Shown: one piece after another, positions 24,301 through 36,963 of the stretch | How the letters are laid out: the number at the start of each line of letters is the position of its first letter | How positions within the stretch are numbered: position 1 is the stretch's first letter | Assembly (NCBI GenBank): GCA_051362555.1 | Contig: CM120642.1 | Coordinates: 26,226,001 to 26,290,000, forward strand | Length of the DNA: 64,000 nucleotides | From: Lingula anatina | Taxonomy: Eukaryota > Animalia > Brachiopoda | Direction of reading: 5' to 3' | The notes under the pieces: generated by a model | The model's input: the letters and a program-made list of their open reading frames with translations, nothing else | Told to the model about the DNA's origin: nothing | Databases searched by the model: none | Position numbers and translations under genes: made by a program

Positions 24301-27300
24301 ATGAACGCCTGGAAAGGGGTACAAACCAGGAAGGCGCCTGCTTCGACCACCTTGGTAACTCCAAACCCATCACCGCCGTCACCAACGCCGCCTGCGTCTC
24401 CTGTACCCGACACGCCCAGAGACGGAGCTGATTTGAAGGCGCCATCACGTCGAAAAAGTCTTAGCAAGTTGACCAAACTGGACATCCAGGCCCTGGCTAA
24501 GGCTAACGACGATCACTCAAAGGATTTTTCACCGTGTGGTAAAGTTGTGACATCCATATTGGATAACTACGGAAAACCTTTACAAAAACCAAAGTTGCCG
24601 AGATGCCATACGGCGCCGGCTAGGGTTGTACGAAGTACGGCATTGGCGTATGGGCGTTTAGTTGTTGGAGGCAAAAGGCAACAAAATTATGGCAATGATG
24701 AACCCCAAGACGTTGAAACTGGCACCAACAAAAGGGCGGTGTCTGCCAAAGGAAGATTCGTGTCTAAGAGAGAAGCATTACTGGAAATGTTATCAGACAG
24801 AAATGTCGAGTTTAAAAGAAGACCGAAGACTCCCCAACATGCCCAGGATTTGTTCAAGTCGCGGCGGCTCGCAGCCAAGAACAATGCTAGTTGGGACTGG
24901 GTGCTCTCGGAAGCCTATGAACATCTACAGTCTAGATTCGAGGAACCTGGACAGGTAATTTTATGAAGATTTATCAATGTGGCATTTAGCCAGTATTGTC
25001 AATATAGGAGAAAATGTTTTCTTATTTAAAGGCGAGAACCTTAAAAGGGGTCGTTATGAAAGATTACAAAGTAGGATGAAAATAATTGTTACAATTTCAG
25101 TATTAAAATCCTACAAACTTTCATTTTACTCTTTTGATTATTATTTATTTATTGTTCTATTGAAAAACATGTAATACACAAAGCTGTTTATTTATATGAC
25201 CCAGCACAATTTTTTCGTTTATTAAAAGACTCATATTTTGTGTTTTGCTCAGCTGATCATGTTGTCATGTAATATTATATAGTCCCATTGAAGAAGTCTT
25301 CAACAGGACATGTTAAAGTCAATTCGTAGCGGATGCACTATGCCAACACTCATACATTTAATTCAACAAACCTTTAGGTGGTACTCCATATTCGCGTTGA
25401 TCAAGTTTTCTCGCACAATGCATCGCGCGTGCTTAAATTACTAAATGCGAAAAAACATGCCTATTAAGTACAAGAGTTTTTTTCGTTTTGGTTTACAGTT
25501 TACATATACTTCATATTCTGACTCAGTACTTACTGAACGCTCGGCATTGAAAATTGAATTGAAAATCAATTTCAAATTATTTCAAAGGGATTTTGGCATT
25601 CGATTTGTTTTACATAACAATTCTAATTCTAATTTTTCTTTTGGTGGCATTCACAAACACTAGTAAATAATGGGTGGAAACATTAACCCTAATCTCGTCA
25701 AGATCATCGTCAAAGGTACTAAATACATGTATGTTTTAAAAAATCCCGGGCGAGAAGGATGCCATGTCATGCATTTAGGATGGATGCATTTAGAAGAATG
25801 TCTAAATGCTATCTTGTTTATTATATTATGGCTATGGCATACTTTGATTTAAGTACATGGATTTGTTATTTTATATTATGTACCGAAATAAAAATTTAAA
25901 AAACTTAAATTACACTCATTATTGACCTAGAGTCTAATTAACTGTTCTACTATTTTCTAGGCAAAGGCATTTTTTCGTCGGATATCCAGAAGGGCGCTGA
26001 TAATACTGCGTTGGATTGCGTTCCTCAAAGAGTAAGATTCATAATATGATATGTTTTCACATTAACTTGCAGAACTGACATACAAACGAGGCCGATATTT
26101 TTTGAATAAGCAACAAATATGTTAGATACAGACGAATGAAATTTTTGATAAAAAATACTTTATCTTGGTTACAACTTTTATTAGATAAACACAGTTTGCA
26201 GTTTGAGCGTACGTGTTTGAACACTTTGTCAATGTTTGCCCTACAAAGAGGAAAATAAAGTTTGTCAGTGGCACATTTTCTACTGACACAATTGTCCAAC
26301 CAGGCACACTGCAATCTGTATTTACCAAATCTGTTTTTTATGACGATGGTATTCGTTATTAAAGACACTGATTCGCATACGAAACTGGTAATGTTATATT
26401 TGCCTTGCTTTTCAGGCAATCCAAGTACATCGACAGGGAGTTAGAGGAACTAATGGATATAGTTTTTGGTCCTAAACCCGAGGGAGACAAACCCACCACG
26501 CGAGATGAGGATATCGCCAGAAGTGCTGGAGTCGACTTCGACAGATTGTATTTTAGGGCGAATAAAGAGGTCAGTGCAAATTCTGGAAAATGATTTATAC
26601 ATATTTCAAAGTAAAAAAAAAAAAAAAATGAAAAAGTAAGTACCAGATTTTTCAGCCCAAAGCATACTACGTCTTTTTGCTGTTAAAAATAATCACTGAA
26701 CAAGAATTGTTAAGAGATTAAGGACCCCACTGTTTTCACTCATTTCAGTTGAAAATAACATTAGATGTGCAAAGGACCCTAACTCTTCCGCCTAACTCCA
26801 GGTCGCCGGAGATGTTAAGGAGGGTAGGTTTATCTACTCATTTATTTATATATATTAATGTACATCTATTGGCTACATAACCATTCATTTGATTTATGAG
26901 TTATAGTGTGGTTTATTTTATTGCTGGGGATATATCGGCTTGACTTTAAAATTATTTGGCTTTTATTATGGTCAACCGAATACTTTTAAAATGTAATGTA
27001 ATTTACAAATACCATTACATGTGCACAAACCACTTTCTAAGTTTCTTTGATGTTACTGCATAAACGGTGGTACCCGATGATTAAAATACAATATCTCCTA
27101 CTGCACCTTACAAGCCATGAAATTAACCTAACCTTTCCATTTTAGGTCTTGTATAGTCTGCAGACTGTGAAATCTTTTTGTGACTATCCTCTGGACATGC
27201 AGAGAAAGATATGTGAAGTTGGCTGGTATCAATCGTGAGTATTCCGTGAATATTTAAATTTCACAAAAATAACAAGATTTTTTTGGACCGATAATATTGA

Positions 27301-30300
27301 TACCTATACATATCTGATACTTAACACTGGCCTCTGGTCGATATTTTATATATCAAAAGCAACTTAAATTTTAAAGCGTTTACATTTATTTGAACGCATT
27401 TATGCCGCATCATGCCTCTGACTGAAAAACTAATGAAACGCGTTGCAAGAAACAAGAAACTCGTAGAATTGCCAGTACGAGGTTAGAGGTTAAAATATCA
27501 GCGTCACCCATGTGGCCGGTTAAATCGATCCAAGAATATTGCGTGTAAAACCAATACCCTTCCCTTTACCCTTATTTCATTGATTTATATCTTATGTACA
27601 AAACAACTACCATAAAATTGCCTTTACCATCGTAGGGATATGTGCCAGCCCCAAGGTGGTAAGGCATATTTGACCAAGGCCCCATGCGTGAAATTATACG
27701 AAATTAATTGAATTTTTTAATGGTAAATTTATCCCCAATTTGCAATGTAAATCCAAAGGAGAAATTGCATTTTGATAGAACAATGTAATCTGAACCTAGT
27801 AATTTAGTGCCACTGGACGCTCAGGAATTTTTGAAGTGCAATATGTACAAATAATTTCAGGTTAGTATTATGACCAACAAATATAAATATTGACTTTCAT
27901 TTAAAAAGGTACATAAAAGTCAACATAAAGTATGTATTTTGAAGGATCTCAAAGAAACAACAAATACACGAGGGTAAAAGTATCTTTCAACGACGTAATG
28001 GTTACATTGCTACGCCGATGTCAACAAAAAACACAATGCCAAATATAGGGAGTAAATATTTGAAGTCCGTGGTCCGTTGCGATTGCGCCCTTTGCTCTCT
28101 AATCAAGCGTAAACGAGGTCACCGCGCGGATAATAGCGTGAACATGCAAGATTTCTTGGTCAGTGCCGATGACCTTTTTTCTTGTGTCGCTACCTTCTGT
28201 TATACAGCATATATCGCTGACAGCATAATCTCCAAAGAAGGCTATCCAGCGACTGGTACAATACAATAACATTACACAGAGTGTGTTTTCTATTCAACGA
28301 ACATGAACATATTGTTTATGTAATATGCATTCTGTTCAACATCAACAAGCACAGCTTTCTGTAATTGTTACACCTCATTCATGTTGGAGAGGTTCGTAAC
28401 CTCGCGGTAGTGCTCTAACAGTATCGATCATGATGAAATGCCTGGGTACATGATATTTTCATGATGTGAGATATTGTTGGAATCACGTCTGAACTAACAA
28501 TTTCGTGAAGATATGTAAAACAAAGTTGGGGAGTGATTAAAACACATTTTACTTTGTTCATGTAATTAAACCCCGTACCACAAGCAGTTTAGGAATGACG
28601 ATGCGTATTTATCTGTTTATTTACGTATTATTTAGTTATTTATTTATTTATTTATTGCTAATATTTCCATACAAATTGCAAAAGGCCTTAAGCGTTCAAC
28701 CAAGGATATAATTTTCGAATATTGTTATACAAAATCAACATGTAAAAACCCAAGCTTTTATGCCGGGAAAGCCAGCTATTCCTGAGAATGGAAAGATCAT
28801 GGCTTCGTCTTAAATGTCAATACTGTATGTTTTTCAGACTTCCTGGTAGGAAAGTGATTGTTAGACAAAGTCATATAGCTGAGAATTTCTATTTTGTTCT
28901 CTCAGGAAGAGGTAAGATCAACAAGTAATTAGGAGACAACGTATTTTAAATTATTTTGCGGAGGCTTGATAATACCTATTGGTACATTACCTCAAGCATA
29001 TAATTCAGTTTTTTTTTTTTTTTTTTTTGGGGGGGGATGGGGGTATTTTGGTCACATAACGGAGATTCATGTCAGTGACAGTACTGATAACTTACATTAA
29101 CAAATATGACAAGTCAAACATCTGATATAATAATAATTATAATTGCGATTACTATTAGGAAATGTTTTTCAAATTGGCTGTCGATAGAACCCCTTGAAAG
29201 CGAACCAAATTGGCATTCAGGTATTCAATACCCTCTTTCTGTTTTTGTTCCTCTCGATGCTCTTGTAGATTTATATTTCTACGCGTATTTTGCTTCCCAA
29301 ATTCTATAGAAACGCCTTCCCTTTTTTCAGCTCTAGTCAAAAAAGTCGATACAAAGCAACCAAGTTATGGAGTAGCACGGGAAAGAGTCGTTGGTTTCAT
29401 CGCAAGAGGTCAAAGTTTTGGGGTACGTTTGCCTTAATATTTTTTTTCATTTTCTTTTATACTCAAATACCGTATTTCACACAAAGAGGTGATTTTGTGA
29501 TAACTGTAAAACTACGTTAAATTCCGGGGCTAACAATCGGTTTTTGTTAAATGAAAAAATTGGATAAAGACCAAATACGACGGTTTACATCACTCTATAA
29601 TTAAATGTTTGATTTCTTACCGTTCGTCGTGACTTTTCCACCTCATTCTTTTTTTCGTAATAAAAAATGTCAAAGTTTTTTATTATTGGTTACGTATTCT
29701 TTTGATTTCCCTTGCTTCCAGGAGGTGGCGCTCATGCATCATTCTCCTAGATCCGCCACAATCGAAAGCATGACTCCCATGCAGCTTTTAGTGGTCGGCA
29801 GAACTGACTACATCAATCTGTTTTCCGGTGAAAGTGTAAATGGAGAACCAGCACATATAGCTTTTTGCAGGCAAGTCCACCACTGTCGTCACTCATTTTT
29901 CACCAAGCTTGTCATAATACTAATGGTGATGGTTTCTCTTTATTGATTACTGTCACTGAAAAGCCCCTTATACTCTGGGTTTAGTAGTGATATGCAATGG
30001 AAAATAAGCATGATGATAATAAATGTAAATAAGTGGGAAATAAGATGGAAAGCTAAGTGCAAAGATTATTTTTAATTGATGTACAATTAGCGCAAATCGA
30101 TTCGTTATCACAGTCATCTCAAGTATGTTTTGTAAGGCAAATAATATTTATTTATCTATAATTTATTTATGTACAACATATCAAATAGTTCATCATTATT
30201 AGCCTTTTTCATCTTTTCCGGAAATGGAAATTGCATTGTGGGTAGGGGAGCCCTGCCACGCCAAAACACTTACAGCGGTGCTTAAAACCATGGCTGGGTT

Positions 30301-33300
30301 TACGTGCTTTTTGTCCCGCTACTAAAATAACAGTAAGCGAGATCGACACATGAGGTTTAATAAGTTCCCAACAAACCCGTTAGAATGAAAAATATGGTAG
30401 AAAGACAGGAAAATATAGCAAGTTTGGATCAAAAGCAGGGCACCGCGTTTGCGCTGAACATTTCGAAGGCGGGAAGAAAACTATAATATTAGGAGATCAA
30501 CTGTGCTTTAATAAAAAACAGAAATGCTTAGTTAAACAACGTATATAACGAACTATCGGCAAATAGAAGTCGGGGGTAAAAAATGCGAGAAAAAAAAAAC
30601 ATTATAAAGATTTGAAGACAAAATTGAAGAATAGGCCGGGGCCTAAAAATTAAGAAAAGACTTCAAGCATGAGATTATGGAAAAAGAAAGTAAAAGCTTT
30701 GAAGTTTTACACGGGGATTCTACTTACAAAAAATTCAAGAACTTTCATGACCTTTTGTGTAACAACAAAGAGAAGGTTTGAAAAGTTTTGTATGTAATAT
30801 CCTTTTTGTGTGTGTTTTATTGATAAGTGATCATTTTAAATGTTGTGGGCCCATCACAGGTTTTAGTCTCTAATAACCCTTAGCAGGGTGGGTTCTATTT
30901 TTTTTAACGTGAGACGTTAATAAAATTTTTATTATTATGTATTCAGTCCCGTATACGTATTACTGATTTGTACAAACGGGGCTCATATTATCAAGATCAA
31001 CAGAGACATACGAAGAAGAAAGTACATCGGCTCTTGTTGAACGCGTTATCGGCGAAATAAAAAGTTATTTCTGAACTCAATGACAAGAGAATCGGAAAAT
31101 TCAATGGGCATATTTTTACAAAAAATGCAGAAAAGCCTTTCTGTAAGCTACACGTACATAATACATGTATGGTAAAGACAAAATGGATAATAAACATAAT
31201 CCAACAACGTATTTGTAAAGTAATACAAATATGCTTAGTATTAAAGTAGGCCTACGTATATTTAACTGTCTTAGATAGTTGAAAAGTATGAAATGTGTGG
31301 GAAACACTTTATTTGAATGATTTAATTGTCTGTGATTGAAAACGATGAAAATACGCATAAAAACGTTTAAAAATCAAATAATTTGGGCTCTTGCTATAAT
31401 TTTGTTTTTGTTTCAGATTGACAAAATTTTCATACTTGTCAGACCGAAAGGCTGACAATTTTTACCTGTCGTAAATTTTGTACATATACTAGAGTAAGAC
31501 ACGGTAAACTTTAATTATCGTCTGGGAAAGAGTCGAGAATTCCTGTCTCACATATTTAACACTTAAAAGGTTTTAATTACAGAGGAAAGGTCGTAGTTGT
31601 GGACGCCCGCCTTACCGAACAATTGAACAAGTAACACCTGATGCCTTATCAGGCCTACCAAACGATTTAATCAGTTCACCGACGAACGATCTGCGTGTCA
31701 GTTTAAATGTATACACAGTAGTTACGAGTCAAACAATGCAGGAAATCTTTTCATTTTATCATTTTAAAAATCTCTTAAGATATCCTTCAAACAAGGCATA
31801 AAAATCGTAATGAATTGACACTGCCGGTACATGAGGTGACATCGCCACAGCTTGCATACAACATGTACAAAATTGTGAAGACGTAGGCCTGCGCACCTGT
31901 CCACACTCTTGAAAGCTGTGTACGAGTCTACTGGCTATTTTGATTTTATATATAAAAAAATAACGAGTCTCTTTCGCATATCTTTATTATCGGAAGCATT
32001 TAAAAGAACTCCGTAGCTTTAGTTCGTCATCACTATTGAAAGTGCAGCCAAGGCTCGGACGCTTAGGTGAAGTCTAGTTGTAAAGCGCATCGTATTTAAA
32101 CTGAGAAAGAAAATATTTAATTGCTTGATTCTCCGTCCAAATAGCTGTTTCTTGCCTACAGTTTACGCATTTCTGTGCTTCAGCCACCTTTTTAGTTTGA
32201 CAGAAAGCAATGCACGCTTCATACGACCTTTTTATATGCGCACCTTGTACATCATCTACACCTAGCATTGCCATGCTGGAATCAACATAGGACCACTATG
32301 ACCCCTGTGGCGCGCGGTTCCTGTCATGCGCACTTCGTATTTCCGCAAAAGATGAAAAAGGTTAATAGATAATGTCACAATTTATATTGTTATTAAACAA
32401 AAATTTGACCAACACAGTGGAAGCAAGGCATTCTTTTAAGATATGGCAAAGGAATCCTTTTTGATCGAAAATTGCTTCTTATTCAGCTGGCGTATATGGC
32501 TTGATAATTACTTCGAGTCAACCCCCCTCAGGGAATTGTACTCAAAACGTTATTGCCGCAAGGCTAATGCCCTTTGGATATTTTCCGGTCAAAGCTTATG
32601 ATTGAGGCTTTGACCATTAGACTGGCGGCTATTGTATCAAAATTACGTAATCGTCTAGTATATTGTTACTTTGAGTGTTGTTTCTGATTGCCGATGAATT
32701 TAAAATAGTCTAGAGATTTTTTTTACCTTTATTTTAGGAATGTGGAGTTCCTGAAAAAATGGCCGGTTGAAGAACTACTGGAGGAATCGAATAAGGACAA
32801 GATTCTCTTCAATTTCGTGAAGTGAGTTATCTTTATAAATTATCTGATTTGAAAAGAAAATGCAAATTAATCTGAATTGCCACATTGGTCATGAATGTTA
32901 TTTTTCTTCGCACCGAATTGCAGTAGCGGAGTTAATTGAAAATCTATTCCTCTAGATGCGGTGCAGCGCTATCGTGAGTAGGATGTGTCTTAGATTTATG
33001 ATTTCTTCTCTGATGAATTAAAAAAAATCTTTCGACAACTTTTTAGGCGAGGAACTGTGGTGGTTGAAGATAGTAAGCAGTGTGATTGGATATATATCAT
33101 CAAGTCGGTAAGGAACTCGGCCTACGTGCAGTAAAGATTGATGATTGCCCCTTTCTGAAACGTTAATCAAGCATTTAAAGTAATGTGAAAAGTGTACAGT
33201 ATGTATACGAATATAAAGAAGTAAGTCAAGTAAGTATTTTTATATCATAGGTTGTTTGTTTCCACATTTTTTACTTTTAATTTCAGGGTTCGTGCAATGT

Positions 33301-36300
33301 TATCAAAAAGGTGCCAAAACCAAATCGAAAACGTACAAAAGTTGCATTGTCCATGGATTTAAAATTTGCCAACTTGTTGGAATTAGGTAATTAATAAAAC
33401 GTCGTCTTTGTGAAAATCAATGTTAAAAACTTGTTAGACTATCATTGTCTTTAGTAGAAAAAAACTGCAGTGTGACACACAACATGCATACAGTCACTGT
33501 AATACACATCTCTTTGGATGGTTTTGAACTCCTGATTGTCTTATGCACGTTTTAAGTGAAGTTTATTCAGAGCTAGGTTTTTCAAAATACTATTAAAATG
33601 ATTCAATTTAAATTCCAGGGCCAAAAGTAAAGACCCACCGCAGACCGAAAAGCTGCTTTGCGAAAAGACCTATAGGAATATCTATGGAGAGTCTTCAGGT
33701 AATGTGAGGAGAGGTGCCAGGCATTAGCTAGGAGGTGGGGGCAGTTTGGGAGAGGGTAAAAGTGTATGTGCGTCGGTTTGCTGGGTATTCTCGAATATGA
33801 AATACACTTGAGTTACAGGGGGTGGGTATGTGCTCTAACTACGCCATCTATAATAGATTACGGTGACAATGCATGTGTTTTATGTGTGCTTGTCTAATTA
33901 AAACAGTAAAATAATGACTTGAAATCATTATTTCAGCTCTTCACCAAAAAAATAACCTAGGAAAAAAATTCGAATTCTTCCTAAACAAATATGTTATATA
34001 AAACTTCTCTAGAAACCCTTTACTTTGCCAGTGATTTTTCCGAAAAATAATGACAGAAAATCATTTTAATTACTTTTATTTCTAGATCAAGGTACACGAA
34101 GCTTCTTCAGACTCTGAAGGCGACGAAAACGACCTCACGATTCCAATAGTTGCTGCAAAGAACGATCCCAAATTATTGCAACTCTCCCCACCTACAATAC
34201 ACAGGAATAAGAAAGACAATCATAACAACAATAACAGTAACAATGAAGATACCTCCAGTGATGGAGAGGACAACGTGAGTATGCAATAATTTTGTGGTAG
34301 AGATTGAATAAAATGGCTGATTTAAAGGAGGAAGAAACTAGACCATGTTGTACCGCTTTTTGAAGACTTCCCCACTTTTCTAACACCGTTTATACGTAAA
34401 AAGTCAAGTTTAACGTTACTTGAACACCGGTATTCTCTATACGTCGAGTTTTTCAAAAAGAATAAGATGTACCTAAAGGGTCCAAAACTGCGCTGTGCTA
34501 GTGGATATTCTATTTTCGAAATGCGTTATATGTTGTGGCTTAATTTGCAGGTATCTGAAATCAGCTACCTTACCAAGACATCAGATAAAGGAGAACCCGG
34601 GTCGCACGACTCCCGTAGTATAGTACTGCAAATAGCGGTGCTGCAGCCTAAAGATGTCTTCGTAAGTATTAACCTTCTTTATCTTTGTCTTCAGAGAAAA
34701 AAACTAAATCAAATTTAGACGAGTGCATTTTTACAGCAGAAATCTATAATTAAAAGAAATGAAAAAGAAAAATGGGAAAAAGATTGTTCTGAGTCTTGTA
34801 GTAGGCCTACAATTAGATATAATCCTGAAATATCAAAGTTCTCTCTGCACATAGTTTACTTTCAAACATATTCTGTATACATTATTCGGCAATTATTGAA
34901 CGTGATGATGTAATTGTACCTTAAATAGTGAGATAAAATAGAACACACAATTACAGCCAACAGATTAAATAAAAATGAAAAGTTGTTAACAGTACAAATG
35001 TGGACAAATTTAGAGGATAATGGCAGACTGTTAATAACATTTGACTGTACCTTTCAATTACTAGTGACAATAAGTGCAGTTTCGTTCATTTTTGTAAATG
35101 CCAGCCACATGAGTTAGCCCAATTTAATATATCATATCATCATTGCTGGTTATATTCCACTTTCTTATTTAAGGGTTTAGAAAATATGGTTTTTGATGGC
35201 GTTCGGGAGAAAATCCATCCTTCATTGACACTGGTAGGTGGAACATTATGAAAGGGATAATAACTCTTCGTTTTGGCCAAAAAAAAGGAATTTTCCTGGA
35301 GTAAACAACAATTTCCCCATACTTACCAATGGTTAATGAATCCATTTTTTCATTCAAAGTTAGTCCCTGTTTTTTTTTTCTAAAAAGTTTAGTTTTTTGT
35401 TAAAATCTCTTAAGAGATTATAACAGAGTACAGCCATCAATGGAGGTCACGTGGTCTGGAGACAAGCTCAGATATCAGAATAATAGCTATAACTGCTGTT
35501 TTTATCGTAAAACAGAATATATTATATTTCTGTGAGTTATTCACAATGTTTTTATTGTGAAATATAGACCTCATATGAAGAGTTATTATCCCTTTAAGTA
35601 CGAGTTCACTTTATAAGTCTTTTTGATATCTTACATTCTACGTAAATCCCTACTAGCTGTAAGTTTCATTTCCCGAGGGTAAGTTTTGAGGGTATGTTTG
35701 ACTTAATTTTCCGTTTTCATTTTCTTTTATTCAAGTATCGTATTTCATATTAAGACTATGTAAAATACTCGTGGTAACGATCGATCTTTGTTTACACTCT
35801 AAATGTATTTCCTGGATTTGACATTAAATTTTTATCTCAGCAATCATTTTTATTGCCGATGCTACGATACACCTTTTGTTCGATGTCCCCTATACATTCA
35901 AAATACATATTGCAACAATATTTTTTTACGCCTTCGCTCCCCGTCTTTCCAATTAATCATCAATTATTTAAGTTACGAAATTGTAAGCTGAAATAACTAT
36001 CTTAAAAATTCAATAGCGTTTGTTCAATTGTTGCCTCATTACATTAATATTAACGAATTAATCGCATGGAGCAAATGTGTCTGTCTAGACAGCCCATAAT
36101 ACTTTCCCTGTTTTCTGTATTAATGTGTCTTTATTTTTTTTATCGCGAACATTAATCGAAATTAGTGCGTTTATCTGTGCTGACAATATACTCTTATTCA
36201 ATTTTGACGAACAGGAAATTAATGTTGATGTAATTTTGGAACCCAAATGATGCAAACGCCAGCTTCTAGTGATGAGTTCAGAGCATAGGCCCTGGCATGT

Positions 36301-36800
36301 GAGAGACTGAAAATCGAGATTGAAAATATTTTTTCTATAACTGATGTACCGTTATATCGTTTCTTTCTATAACTTTGTGTGCACAATGTGAAATGTGTTT
36401 AATTTCATGGTATTCGTACCAATGGGTATAAAATAATATATGTATGTATGTATGTATGTATAGATAGATAGATAGATAGATAGGTTATGATTTTAGCATG
36501 CAAGATACTGTAGGAATATAATTCAATTATTCCGTTTTCTCTTATTTGAAGGTAAGCAACGGAGCTGAATTAGTCATGATCAAGAAAAGTCTCTTCGCCA
36601 AGCATTGCAACGACGCCACGAAATTATTTGTTCGCCAGTTTGCCATATCTTGCGACTATCCTCACGTCCCAGAAATTCATGACATAATTAGGAATAACGC
36701 CAAATGGGCGGCATACAAGGAGGATAGTGTCTACCAAATTGTGCGCATGCGCAAGGAATTTCGCCAACCGGGATCTTGGTTCGATTCCCACGCAACGTGA
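24301..36800 (+). CDS. Cyclic nucleotide-binding domain-containing protein (CNBD2-like, two cNMP domains), at least 16 exons, ~763 aa; 5' end uncertain
   Basis: Exons: 24301-24954, 25961-26031, 26416-26569, 26749-26823, 27146-27234, 28838-28911, 29331-29422, 29722-29870 (GC donor), 32738-32821, 33047-33107, 33287-33386, 33619-33698, 34086-34274, 34551-34661, 35174-35233, 36552-36800. Phases are consistent (2292 nt). Motifs: FCDYPLDMQRKI, VIVRQSHIAENFYFVLSG, GQSFGEVALMHHSPRSAT, FLKKWP, WIYIIKSGSC, PKDVFGL, LVSNGAELVMIKK. Possible upstream mini-exons at 21970-21988 and ~23801-23858 are not linked with confidence. Confidence 0.85.
35249..35597. mobile_element. TTAA-type MITE (Kolobok-like), family A copy 2
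   Basis: Terminal inverted repeats aaagggataataactcttc ... gaagagttattatcccttt(aa). It shares a ~180-bp arm with 9241-9419. Confidence 0.75.
36440..36483. repeat. (TATG)n(TAGA)n microsatellite
   Basis: Direct reading. Confidence 0.85.
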
Positions 36801-36930
36801 TATAATTATTCCTGTAATGAACCTACGTGTTATTCGCTCAAGGATGAAATTACTAAATTCACCAAATAAATATGAATAAATTATATTTTTGGAATGATTT
36901 TTTTATTTTAACATTTGTGGATAACTGGTT

Positions 36931-36959
<29 letters not shown>
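36931..36959. repeat. (GA)n microsatellite downstream of the CNBD gene stop codon
   Basis: Direct reading. Confidence 0.9.

Positions 36960-36963
<4 letters not shown>

Noticed and set aside
24183-24958. Antisense and alternative-frame ORFs over the large CNBD exon
   Set aside because: Shadows of a GC-richer coding exon.
28208-28254. Possible extra CNBD exon (AG...GT bounded)
   Set aside because: The flanking exons already join in frame and give a continuous cNMP domain.
32074-32274. Minus-strand ORF in a CpG-rich intronic patch
   Set aside because: No identifiable family; possibly a decayed transposon, but this cannot be supported.
36215-36290. Candidate penultimate CNBD exon
   Set aside because: It has an in-frame TGA; 35174-35233 fits the phase and the family motif instead.
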